Under the pieces are notes generated by a model. It did no database searches. It was not told the origin of the DNA and saw only the letters and a list, made by a program, of their open reading frames with translations. Positions 12,301 to 25,400 of a stretch of DNA of 64,000 nucleotides are shown one piece after another. The first letter of the stretch is position 1. The number at the start of each line of letters is the position of its first letter. The DNA comes from Camelus dromedarius (taxonomy: Eukaryota): the NCBI RefSeq assembly GCF_036321535.1, contig NC_087436.1, positions 1,116,001 through 1,180,000 of the forward strand, in the 5' to 3' direction. The position numbers were made by a program, and so were the translations under genes.

Positions 12301-14370
12301 CAGAGCAAGTGGAGAGACGTTCGTTCATCTAGCACCAAGGGAACGGGTTGCAGGAGACACTTTTTCTCTGCTTTCTCAGTCTGTTTCCTAGTGCCGGTTT
12401 GAAGTTCCTGCAGTTTTCACTGTAAAACCGAGTTGGAGCTTCTACCTCCCCATATATATGTATGGAATGGAGTTTGAAACTGAAAAGAAACTTTGTGTTC
12501 CCAACAAGCTAGGTGAAGGACGGCTTTCACACACACTTATCTCTCAGAACTGAGCAAGTGGAGAGACGTTCGTTCATCTAGCACCAAGGGAACGGGTTGC
12601 AGGAGACACTTTCTCTCTGCTTCCTCAGTCTGTTTCCTAGTGCCGGTTTGAAGTTCCTGCAGTTTTCACTGTAAAACCGAGTTGGAGCTTCTACCTCCCC
12701 ATATATATGTATGGAATGGAGTTTGCAACTGAAAAGAAACTTTGTGTTCCCAACAAGCTAGTTGAAGGACGGCTTTCACACACACTTATCTCTCAGAACT
12801 GAGCAAGTGGAGAGACGTTCGTTCATCTAGCACCAAGGGAACGGGTTGCAGGAGACACTTTTTCTCTGCTTTCTCAGTCTGTTTCCTAGTGCCGGTTTGA
12901 AGTTCCTGCAGTTTTCACTGTCAAACCGAGTTGGAGCTAGTACCTCCCCATATATATGTATGGAATGGAGTTTGCAACTGAAAAGAAACTTTGTGTTCCC
13001 AACAAGCTAGGTGAAGGACGGCTTTCACACACATGTATCTCTCAGAACTGAGCAAGTGGAGAGACGTTCGTTCATGTAGCACCAAGGGAACGGGTTGCAG
13101 GAGACACTTTTTCTCTGCTTTCTCAGTCTGTTTCCTAGTGCCGGTTTGAAGTTCCTGCAGTTTTCACTGTCAAACCGAGTTGGAGCTAGTACCTCCCCTT
13201 ATATATGTATGGAATGGAGTTGGCAAGTGAAAAGAAGCTTTGTGTTCCCAACAAGCTAGGTGAAGGACGGCTTTCACACACACTTATCTCTCAGAACTGA
13301 GCAAGTGGAGAGACGTTCTTTCATGTAGCACCTAGGGAACGGGTTGCAGGAGACACTTTTTCTCTGCTTTCTCAGTCTGTTTCCTAGTGCCGGTTTGAAG
13401 TTCCTGCAGTTTTCACTGTAAAACCGTGTTGGAGCTTGTACCTCCCCATATATATGTATGGAATGGAGTTTGCAACTGAAAAGAAACTTTGTGTTCCCAA
13501 CAAGCTAGGTGAAGGACGGCTTTCACACACACTTATCTCTCAGAACTGATCAAGTGGAGAGACGTTCGTTCATCTAGCACCAAGGGAACGGGTTGCAGGA
13601 GACACTTTTTCTCTGCTTTCTCAGTCTGTTTCCTAGTGCCGGTTTGAAGTTCCTGCAGTTTTCACTGTAAAACAGAGTTGGAGCTTCTACCTCCCCATAT
13701 ATATGTATGGAATGGTGTTTGCAACTGAAAAGAAACTTTGTGTTCCCAACAAGCTAGGTGAAGGACGGCTTTCACACACACTTATCTCTCAGAACAGAGC
13801 AAGTGGAGAGACGTTCGTTCATCTAGCACCAAGGGAACGGGTTGCAGGAGACACTTTTTCTCTGCTTTCTCAGTCTGTTTCCTAGTGCCGGTTTGAAGTT
13901 CCTGCAGTTTTCACTGTAAAACCGAGTTGGAGCTTCTACCTCCCCATATATATGTATGGAATGGAGTTTGCAACTGAAAAGAAACTTTGTGTTCCCAACA
14001 AGCTAGGTGAAGGACGGCTTTCACACACACTTATCTCTCAGAACAGAGCAAGTGGAGAGACGTTCGTTCATCTAGCACCAAGGGAACGGGTTGCAGGAGA
14101 CACTTTTTCTCTGCTTTCTCAGTCTGTTTCCTAGTGCCGGTTTGAAGTTCCTGCAGTTTTCACTGTCAAACCGAGTTGGAGCTAGTACCTCCCCATATAT
14201 ATGTATGGAATGGAGTTTGCAACTGAAAAGAAACTTTGTGTTCCCAACAAGCTAGGTGAAGGACGGCTTTCACACACATGTATCTCTCAGAACTGAGCAA
14301 GTGGAGAGACGTTCGTTCATGTAGCACCAAGGGAACGGGTTGCAGGAGACACTTTTTCTCTGCTTTCTCA
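6400..14370. repeat. Higher-order tandem duplication, 2 x 16 monomers (3984 bp)
   Basis: Rare variants recur at +3984: ggagtttgtacc/cccaaaa/agaggag unit (~6460 vs ~10444), tctgatt, gaagtacg, gaagcacg, atgtgtgg, cacatgtatc, cacctagg. ORF pairs: 6713/10697, 6944/10928, 7482/11466, 9719/13703. Confidence 0.93.
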
Positions 14371-15410
14371 GTCTGTTTCCTAGTGCCGGTTTGAAGTTCC
14401 TGCAGTTTTCACTGTCAAACCGAGTTGGAGCTAGTACCTCCCCTTATATATGTATGGAATGGAGTTGGCAAGTGAAAAGAAGCTTTGTGTTCCCAACAAG
14501 CTAGGTGAAGGACGGCTTTCACACACACTTATCTCTCAGAACTGAGCAAGTGGAGAGACGTTCTTTCATGTAGCACCTAGGGAACGGGTTGCAGGAGACA
14601 CTTTTTCTCTGCTTTCTCAGTCTGTTTCCTAGTGCCGGTTTGAAGTTCCTGCAGTTTTCACTGTAAAACCGTGTTGGAGCTTGTACCTCCCCATATATAT
14701 GTATGGAATGGAGTTTGCAACTGAAAAGAAACTTTGTGTTCCCAACAAGCTAGGTGAAGGACGGCTTTCACACACACTTATCTCTCAGAACTGATCAAGT
14801 GGAGAGACGTTCGTTCATCTAGCACCAAGGGAACGGGTTGCAGGAGACACTTTTTCTCTGCTTTCTCAGTCTGTTTCCTAGTGCCGGTTTGAAGTTCCTG
14901 CAGTTTTCACTGTAAAACAGAGTTGGAGCTTCTACCTCCCCATATATATGTATGGAATGGTGTTTGCAACTGAAAAGAAACTTTGTGTTCCCAACAAGCT
15001 AGGTGAAGGACGGCTTTCACACACACTTATCTCTCAGAACAGAGCAAGTGGAGAGACGTTCGTTCATCTAGCACCAAGGGAACGGGTTGCAGGAGACACT
15101 TTTTCTCTGCTTTCTCAGTCTGTTTCCTAGTGCCGGTTTGAAGTTCCTGCAGTTTTCACTGTAAAACCGAGTTGGAGCTTCTACCTCCCCATATATATGT
15201 ATGGAATGGAGTTTGCAACTGAAAAGAAACTTTGTGTTCCCAACAAGCTAGGTGAAGGACGGCTTTCACACACACTTATCTCTCAGAACAGAGCAAGTGG
15301 AGAGACGTTCGTTCATCTAGCACCAAGGGAACGGGTTGCAGGAGACACTTTTTCTCTGCTTTCTCAGTCTGTTTCCTAGTGCCGGTTTGAAGTTCCTGCA
15401 GTTTTCACTG
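12900..15410. repeat. Tandem duplication, 2 x 5 monomers (1245 bp)
   Basis: cacatgtatc, aagaagcttt + cacctagg and aaaacagagt + atggtgttt recur at +1245. ORF pairs: 13703/14948 and 13952/15197. Confidence 0.9.
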
Positions 15411-16619
15411 TGAAACCGAGTTGGAGCTAGTACCTCCCCATATATATGTATGGAATGGAGTTTGCAACTGAAAAGAAACTTTGTGTTCCCAACAAGCTAG
15501 TTGAAGGACGGCTTTCACACACACATATCTCTCAGAACTGAGCAAGTGGAGAGACGTTCGTTCATCTAGCACCAAGGGAACGGGTTGCAGGAGACACTTT
15601 TTCTCTGCTTCCTCAGTCTGTTTCCTAGTGCCGGTTTGAAGTTCCTGCAGTTTTCACTGTAAAACCGAGTTGGAGCTTCTACCTCCCCATATATATGTAT
15701 GGAATGGAGTTTGCAACTGAAAAGAAACTTTGTGTTCCCAACAAGCTAGGTGAAGGACGGCTTTCACACACACTTATCTCTCAGAACAGAGCAAGTGGAG
15801 AAACGTTCGTTCATCTAGCACCAAGGGAACGGGTTGCAGGAGACACTTTTTCTCTGTTTCTCAGTCTGTTTCCTAGTGCCGGTTTGAAGTTCCTGCAGTT
15901 TTCACTGTCAAACCGAGTTGGAGCTAGTACCTCCCCATATATATGTATGGAATGGAGTTTGCAACTGAAAAGAAACTTTGTGTTCCCAACAAGCTAGGTG
16001 AAGGACGGCTTTCACACATATATATCTCTCAGAACTGAGCAAGTGGAGAGACGTTCGTTCATCTAGCACCAAGGGAACGGGTTGCAGGAGACACTTTTTC
16101 TCTGCTTTCTCAGTCTGTTTCCTAGTGCCGGTTTGAAGTTCCTGCAGTTTTCACTGTAAAACCGAGTTGGAGTTTGTACCTCCCCATATATATGTATGGA
16201 ATGGAGTTTGCAACTGAAAAGAAACTTTGTGTTCCCAAAAAGCTAGGTGAAGGACGGCTTTCACACACACTTATCTCTCAGAACTGAGCAAGAGGAGAGA
16301 CGTTCCTTCATCCAGCACCAAGGGAACGGGTTGCAGGAGACACGTTTTCTCTGCTTTCTCAGTCTGTTTCCTAGTGCCGGTTTGAAGTTCCTGCAGTTAT
16401 CACTGTAAAACCGAGTTGGAGCTTGTACCTCCCCATATATATGTATGGAATGGAGTTTGCAACTGAAAAGAAACTTTGTGTTCCCAACAATCTAGGTGAA
16501 GGACGGCTTTCACACACACTTATCTCTCAGAACAGAGCAAGTGGAGAGACGTTCGTTCATCTAGCACCAAGGGAACGGGTTGCAGGAGACACTTTTTCTC
16601 TGCTTTCTCAGTCTGATTC

Positions 16620-19610
16620 CTAGTGCCGGTTTGAAGTTCCTGCAGTTTTCACTGTGAAACCGAGTTGGAGCTTCTACCTCCCCATATATATGTATGGAAT
16701 GGAGTTTGTAACTGAAAAGAAACTTTGTGTTCCCAACAAGCTAGGTGAAGGACGGGTTTCACACACACTTATCTCTCAGAACAGAGCAAGTGGAGAGACT
16801 TTCGTTCATCTAGCACCAAGGGACCGGGTTGCAGGAGACACTTTTTCTCTGCTTTCTCAGTCTGTTTCCTAGTGCCGGTTTGAAGTTCCTGCAGTTTTCA
16901 CTGTAAAACCGAGTTGGAGCTTCTACCTCCCCATATATATGTATGGAATGGAGTTTGCAACTGAAAAGAAACTTTGTGTTCCCAACAAGCTAGGTGAAGC
17001 ACGGCTTTCACACACACTTATCTCTCAGAACAGAGCAAGTGGAGAGACGTTCGTTCATCTAGCACCAAGGGAACGGGTTGCAGGAGACACTTTTTCTCTG
17101 CTTTCTCAGTCTGTTTCCTAGTGCCGGTTTGAAGTTCCTGCAGTTTTCACTGTAAAACCGAGTTGGAGCTTGTACCTCCCCATATATATGTGTGGAATGG
17201 AGTTTGCAACTGAAAAGAAACTTTGTGTTCCCAACAAGCTTGGTGAAGGACGGCTTTCACACACACTTATCTCTCAGAACTGAGCAAGTGGAGAGACGTT
17301 CGTTCATCCAGCACCAAGGGAACGGGTTGCAGGAGACACGTTTTCTCTGCTTTCTCAGTCTGTTTCCTACTGCCGGTTTGAAGTTCCTGCAGTTATCACT
17401 GTAAAACCGAGTTGGAGCTTGTACCTCCCCATATATATGTATGGAATGGAGTTTGCAACTGAAAAGAAACTTTGTGTTCCCAACAAGCTAGGTGAAGGAC
17501 GGCTTTCACACACACTTATCTCTCAGAACTGAGCAAGTGGAGAGACGTTCGTTCATGTAGCACCAAGGGAACGGGTTGCAGGAGACACTTTTTCTCTGCT
17601 TTCTCAGTCTGTTTCCTAGTGCCGGTTAGAAGTTCCTGCAGTTTTCACTGTCAAACCGAGTTGGAGCTAGTACCTCCCCTTATATATGTATGGAATGGAG
17701 TTTGCAACTGAAAAGAAACTTTGTGTTCCCAACAAGCTAGGTGAAGGACGGCTTTCACACACACTTATCTCTCAGAACTTAGCAAGTGGAGAGACGTTCG
17801 TTCATCTAGCACCAAGGGAACGGGTTGCAGGAGACACTTTTTCTCTGCTTTCTCAGTCTGTTTCCTAGTGCCGGTTTGAAGTTCCTGCAGTTTTCACTGT
17901 AAAACCGAGTTGGAGCTTGTACCTCCCCATATATATGTATGGAATGGAGTTTGCAACTGAAAAGAAACTTTGTGTTCCCAACAAGCTAGGTGAAGGACGG
18001 CTTTCACACACACTTATCTCTCAGAACAGAGCAAGTGGAGAGACGTTCGTTCATCTAGCACCAAGGGAACGGGTTGCAGGAGACACTTTTTCTCTGCTTT
18101 CTCAGTCTGTTTCCTAGTGCCGGTTTGAAGTTCCTGCAGTTTTCACTGTGAAACCGAGTTGGAGCTTCTACCTCCCCATATATATGTATGGAATGGAGTT
18201 TGCAACTGAAAAGAAACTTTGTGTTCCCAACAAGCTAGGTGAAGGACGGCTTTCACACACACTTATCTCTCAGAACAGAGCAAGTGGAGAGACTTTCGTT
18301 CATCTAGCACCAAGGGACCGGGTTGCAGGAGACACTTTTTCTCTGCTTTCTCAGTCTGTTTCCTAGTGCCGGTTTGAAGTTCCTGCAGTTTTCACTGTAA
18401 AACCGAGTTGGAGCTTCTACCTCCCCATATATATGTATGGAATGGAGTTTGAAACTGAAAAGAAACTTTGTGTTCCCAACAAGCTAGGTGAAGCACGGCT
18501 TTCACACACACTTATCTCTCAGAACAGAGCAAGTGGAGAGACGTTCGTTCATCTAGCACCAAGGGAACGGGTTGCAGGAGACACTTTTTCTCTGCTTTCT
18601 CAGTCTGTTTCCTAGTGCCGGTTTGAAGTTCCTGCAGTTTTCACTGTAAAACCGAGTTGGAGCTTGTACCTCCCCATATATATGTGTGGAATGGAGTTTG
18701 CAACTGAAAAGAAACTTTGTGTTCCCAAAAAGCTTGGTGAAGGACGGCTTTCACACACACTTATCTCTCAGAACTGAGCAAGTGGAGAGACGTTCGTTCA
18801 TCCAGCACCAAGGGAACGGGTTGCAGGAGACACGTTTTCTCTGCTTTCTCAGTCTGTTTCCTAGTGCCGGTTTGAAGTTCCTGCAGTTATCACTGTAAAA
18901 CCGAGTTGGAGCTTGTACCTCCCCATATATATGTATGGAATGGAGTTTGCAACTGAAAAGAAACTTTGTGTTCCCAACAAGCTAGGTGAAGGACGGCTTT
19001 CACACACACTTATCTCTCAGAACTGAGCAAGTGGAGAGACGTTCGTTCATGTAGCACCAAGGGAACGGGTTGCAGGAGACACTTTTTCTCTGCTTTCTCA
19101 GTCTGTTTCCTAGTGCCGGTTAGAAGTTCCTGCAGTTTTCACTGTCAAACCGAGTTGGAGCTAGTACCTCCCCTTATATATGTATGGAATGGTGTTGGCA
19201 AGTGAAAAGAAACTTTGTGTTCCCAACAAGCTAGGTGAAGGACGGCTTTCACACACACTTATCTCTCAGAACTGATCAAGTGGAGAGACGTTCGTTCATC
19301 TAGCACCAAGGGAACGGGTTGCAGGAGACACTTTTTCTCTGCTTTCTCAGTCTGTTTCCTAGTGCCGGTTTGAAGTTCCTGCAGTTTTCACTGTAAAACC
19401 GAGTTGGAGCTTGTACCTCCCCATATATATGTATGGAATGGAGTTTGCAACTGAAAAGAAACTTTGTGTTCCCAACAAGCTAGGTGAAGGACGGCTTTCA
19501 CACACACTTATCTCTCAGAACAGAGCAAGTGGAGAGACGTTCGTTCATCTAGCACCAAGGGAACGGGTTGCAGGAGACACTTTTTCTCTGCTTTCTCAGT
19601 CTGTTTCCTA
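16620..19610. repeat. Imperfect tandem duplication, 2 x 6 monomers (1494 bp)
   Basis: The private marker gagactttcg (~16800 and ~18294), plus gggaccgg, gaagcacg and atgtgtgg, recur at +1494. ORF pairs: 16654/18148, 16939/18433, 17192/18686. One unit differs between copies (17686 vs ~19180). Confidence 0.85.
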
Positions 19611-22489
19611 GTGCCGGTTTGAAGTTCCTGCAGTTTTCACTGTAAAACCGAGTTGGAGCTTCTACCTCCCCATATATATGTATGGAATGGAGTTTGAAAC
19701 TGAAAAGAAACTTTGTGTTCCCAACAAGCTAGGTGAAGGACGGCTTTCACACACACTTATCTCTCAGAACTGAGCAAGTGGAGAGACGTTCGTTCATCTA
19801 GCACCAAGGGAACGGGTTGCAGGAGACACTTTCTCTCTGCTTCCTCAGTCTGTTTCCTAGTGCCGGTTTGAAGTTCCTGCAGTTTTCACTGTAAAACCGA
19901 GTTGGAGCTTGTACCTCCCCATATATATGTATGGAATGGAGTTTGCAACTGAAAAGAAACTTTGTGTTCCCAACAAGCTAGGTGAAGGACGGCTTTCACA
20001 CACATTTATCTCTCAGAACTGAGCAAGTGGAGAGACATTCGTTCATGTAGCACCAAGGGAACGGGTTGCAGGAGACACTTTTTCTCTGCTTTCTCAGTCT
20101 GTTTCCTAGTGCCGGTTAGAAGTTCCTGCAGTTTTCACTGTCAAACCGAGTTGGAGCTAGTACCTCCCCTTATATATGTATGGAATGGAGTTGGCAAGTG
20201 AAAAGAAGCTTTGTGTTCCCAACAAGCTAGGTGAAGGACGGCTTTCACACACACTTATCTCTCAGAACTGAGCAAGTGGAGAGACGTTCTTTCATGTAGC
20301 ACCTAGGGAACGGGTTGCAGGAGACACTTTTTCTCTGCTTTCTCAGTCTGTTTCCTAGTGCCGGTTTGAAGTTCCTGCAGTTTTCACTGTAAAACCGTGT
20401 TGGAGCTTGTACCTCCCCATATATATGTATGGAATGGAGTTTGCAACTGAAAAGAAACTTTGTGTTCCCAACAAGCTAGGTGAAGGACGGCTTTCACACA
20501 CACTTATCTCTCAGAACAGAGCAAGTGGAGAGACGTTCGTTCATCTAGCACCAAGGGAACGGGTTGCAGGAGACACTTTTTCTCTGCTTTCTCAGTCTGT
20601 TTCCTAGTGCCGGTTTGAAGTTCCTGCAGTTTTCACTGTAAAACCGAGTTGGAGCTTCTACCTCCCCATATATATGTATGGAATGGAGTTTGCAACTGAA
20701 AAGAAACTTTGTGTTCCCAACAAGCTAGGTGAAGGACGGCTTTCACACACACTTATCTCTCAGAACAGAGCAAGTGGAGAGACGTTCGTTCATCTAGCAC
20801 CAAGGGAACGGGTTGCAGGAGACACTTTTTCTCTGCTTTCTCAGTCTGTTTCCTAGTGCCGGTTTGAAGTTCCTGCAGTTTTCACTGTGAAACCGAGTTG
20901 GAGCTAGTACCTCCCCATATATATGTATGGAATGGAGTTTGCAACTGAAAAGAAACTTTGTGTTCCCAACAAGCTAGTTGAAGGACGGCTTTCACACACA
21001 CATATCTCTCAGAACTGAGCAAGTGGAGAGACGTTCGTTCATCTAGCACCAAGGGAACGGGTTGCAGGAGACACTTTTTCTCTGCTTCCTCAGTCTGTTT
21101 CCTAGTGCCGGTTTGAAGTTCCTGCAGTTTTCACTGTAAAACCGAGTTGGAGCTTCTACCTCCCCATATATATGTATGGAATGGAGTTTGCAACTGAAAA
21201 GAAACTTTGTGTTCCCAACAAGCTAGGTGAAGGACGGCTTTCACACACACTTATCTCTCAGAACAGAGCAAGTGGAGAAACGTTCGTTCATCTAGCACCA
21301 AGGGAACGGGTTGCAGGAGACACTTTTTCTCTGTTTCCCAGTCTGTTTCCTAGTGCCGGTTTGAAGTTCCTGCAGTTTTCACTGTCAAACCGAGTTGGAG
21401 CTAGTACCTCCCCATATATATGTATGGAATGGAGTTTGCAACTGAAAAGAAACTTTGTGTTCCCAACAAGCTAGGTGAAGGACGGCTGTCACACATATTT
21501 ATCTCTCAGAACTGAGCAAGAGGAGAGACGTTCGTTCATGTAGCACCAAGGGAACGGGTTGCAGGAGACACTTTTTCTCTGCTTTCTCAGTCTGTTTCCT
21601 AGTGCCGGTTAGAAGTTCCTGCAGTTTTCACTGTCAAACCGAGTTGGAGCTAGTACCTACCCATATATATGTATGGAATGGAGTTTGCAACTGAAAAGAA
21701 ACTTTGTGTTCCCAACAAGCTAGGTGAAGGACGGCTTTCACACACACTTATCTCTCAGAACTGAGCAAGTGGAGAGACGTTCGTTCATCTAGCACCAAGG
21801 GAACGGGTTGCAGGTGACACTTTTTCTCTGCTTTCTCAGTATATTTCCTAGTGCCGGTTTGAAGTTCCTGCAGTTTTCACTGTCAAACCGAGTTGGAGCT
21901 AGTACCTCCCCTTATATATGTATGGAATGGAGTTGGCAACTGAAAAGAAACTTTGTGTTCCCAACAAGCTAGGTGAAGGACGGCTTTCACACACACTTAT
22001 CTCTCAGAACTTAGCAAGTGGAGAGACGTTCTTTCATGTAGCACCAAGGGAACGGGTTGCAGGAGACACTTTTTCTCTGCTTTCTCAGTCTGTTTCCTAG
22101 TGCCGGTTTGAAGTTCCTGCAGTTTTCACTGTAAAACCGTGTTGGAGCTTGTACCTCCCCATATATATGTATGGAATGGAGTTTGCAACTGAAAAGAAAC
22201 TTTGTGTTCCCAACAAGCTAGGTGAAGGACGGCTTTCACACACACTTATCTCTCAGAACTGATCAAGTGGAGAGACGTTCGTTCATCTAGCACCAAGGGA
22301 ACGGGTTGCAGGAGACACTTTTTCTCTGCTTTCTCAGTCTGTTTCCTAGTGCCGGTTTGAAGTTCCTGCAGTTTTCACTGTAAAACCGAGTTGGAGCTTC
22401 TACCTCCCCATATATATGTATGGAATGGAGTTTGCAACTGAAAAGAAACTTTGTGTTCCCAACAAGCTAGCTGAAGGACGGCTTTCACA

Positions 22490-25400
22490 CACACTTATCT
22501 CTCAGAACAGAGCAAGTGGAGAGACGGTCGTTCATCTAGCACCAAGGGAACTGGTTGCAGGAGACACTTTTTCTCTGCTTTCTCATTCTGTTTCCTAGTG
22601 CCGGTTTGAAGTTCCTGCAGTTTTCACTGTAAAACCGTGTTGGAGCTTGTACCTCACCATATATATGTATGGAATGGAGTTTGCAACTGAAAAGAAACTT
22701 TGTGTTCCCAACAAGCTAGGTGAAGGACGGCTTTCACACACACTTATCTCTCAGAACTGATCAAGTGGAGAGACGTTCGTTCCTCTAGCACCAAGGGAAC
22801 GGGTTGCAGGAGACACTTTTTCTCTGCTTTCTCAGTCTGTTTCCTAGTGCCGGTTTGAAGTTCCTGCAGTTTTCACTGTAAAACCGAGTTGGAGCTTCTA
22901 CCTCCCCATATATATGTATGGAATGGAGTTTGCAACTGAAAAGAAACTTTGTGTTCCCAACAAGCTAGCTGAAGGACGGCTTTCACACACACTTATCTCT
23001 CAGAACAGAGCAAGTGGAGAGACGTTCGTTCATCTAGCACCAAGGGAACTGGTTGCAGGAGACACTTTTTCTCTGCTTTCTCATTCTGTTTCCTAGTGCC
23101 GGTTTGAAGTTCCTGCAGTTTTCACTGTAAAACCGAGTTGGAGCTTCTACCTCCCCATATATATGTATGGAATGGAGTTTGCAACTGAAAAGAAACTTTG
23201 TGTTCCCAACAAGCTAGGTGAAGGACGGCTTTCACACACACTTATCTCTCAGAACTGAGCAAGTGGAGAGACGTTCGTTCATCTAGCACCAAGGGAACGG
23301 GTTGCAGGAGACACTTTTTCTCTGCTTTCTCAGTCTGTTTCCTAGTGCCGGTTTGAAGTTCGTGCAGTTTTCACTGTCAAACCGAGATGGAGCTTGTACC
23401 TCCCCATATATATGTATGGAATGGAGTTTGCAACTGAAAAGAAACTTTGTGTTCCCAACAAGCTAGGTGAAGGACGGCTTTCACACACACTTATCTCTCA
23501 GAACTGAGCAAGTGGAGAGACGTTCGTTCATCCAGCACCAAGGGAACGGGTTGCAGGAGACACGTTTTCTCTGCTTTCTCAGTCTGTTTCCTAGTGCCGG
23601 TTTGAAGTTCCTGCAGTTATCACTGTAAAACCGAGTTGGAGCTTGTACCTCCCCATATATATGTATGGAATGGTGTTTGCAACTGAAAAGAAACTTTGTG
23701 TTCCCAAAAATCTAGGTGAAGGACGGCTTTCACACACACTTATCTCTCAGAACAGAGCAAGTGGAGAGACGTTCGTTCATCTAGCACCAAGGGAACGGGT
23801 TGCAGGAGACACTTTTTCTCTGCTTTCTCAGTCTGTTTCCTAGTGCCGGTTTGAAGTTCCTGCAGTTTTCACTGTGAAACCGAGTTGGAGCTAGTACCTC
23901 CCCATATATATGTATGGAATGGAGTTTGAAACTGAAAAGAAACTTTGTGTTCCCAACAAGCTAGTTGAAGGACGGCTTTCACACACACATATCTCTCAGA
24001 ACTGAGCAAGCGGAGAGACGTTCGTTCATCTAGCACCAAGAGAACGGGTTGCATGAGACACTTTTTCTCTGCTTCCTCAGTCTGTTTCCTAGTGCCGGTT
24101 TGAAGTTCGTGCAGTTTTCACTGTAAAACCGAGTTGGAGCTTGTACCTCCCCATATATATGTATGGAATGGAGTTTGCAACTGAAAAGAAACTTTGTGTT
24201 CCCAACAAGCTTGGTGAAGGACGGCTTTCACACACACTTATCTCTCAGAACTGAGCAAGTGGAGAGACGTTCGTTCATCCAGCACCAAGGGAACGGGTTG
24301 CAGGAGACACGTTTTCTCTGCTTTCTCAGTCTGTTTCCTAGTGCCTGTTTGAAGTTCCTGCAGTTATCACTGTAAAACCGATTTGGAGCTTGTACCTCCC
24401 CATATATATGTATGGAATGGAGTTTGCAACTGAAAAGAAACTTTGTGTTCCCAAAAAGCTAGGTGAAGGACGGCTTTCACACACACTTATCTCTCAGAAC
24501 TGAGCAACTGGAGAGACGTTCGTTCATCTAGCACCAAGGGAACGGGTTGCAGGAGACACTTTTTCTCTGTTTTCTCAGTCTGTTTCCTAGTGCCGGTTTG
24601 AAGTTCCTGCAGTTTTCACTGTGAAAACGAGTTGGAGCTAGTACCTCCCCATATATATGTATGGAATGGAGTTTGCAACTGAAAAGAAACTTTGTGTTCC
24701 CAACAAGCTAGTTGAAGGACGGCTTTCACACAGACATATCTCTCAGAACTGAGAAAGTGGAGAGACGTTCGTTCATCCAGCACCAAGGGAACGGGTTGCA
24801 GGAGACACGTTTTCTCTGCTTTCTCAGTCTGTTTCCTAGTGCCGGTTTGAAGTTCCTGCAGTTATCACTGTAAAACCGAGTTGGAGCTTGTACCTCCCCA
24901 TATATATGTATGGAATGGAGTTTGCAACTGAAAAGAAACTTTGTGTTCCCAACAAGCTAGGTGAAGGACGGCTTTCAAACACACTTATCTCTCAGAACTG
25001 AGCAAGTGGAGAGACGTTCGTTCATCTAGCACCAAGGGAACGGGTTGCAGGAGACACTTTCTCTCTGCTTCCTCAGTCTGTTTCCTAGTGCCGGTTTGAA
25101 GTTCCTGCAGTTTTCACTGTAAAACCGATTTGGAGCTTCTACCTCCCCATATATATGTATGGAATGGAGTTTGCAACTGAAAAGAAACTTTGTGTTCCCA
25201 ACAAGCTAAGTGAAGGACGGCTTTCACACACACTTATCTCTCAGAACAGAGCAAGTGGAGAGACGTTCGTTCATCTAGCACCAAGGGAACGGGTTGCAGG
25301 AGACACTTTTTCTCTGCTTCCTCAGTCTGTTTCCTAGTGCCGGTTTGAAGTTCCTGCAGTTTTCACTGTAAAACCGAGTTGGAGCTTCTACCTCCCCATA

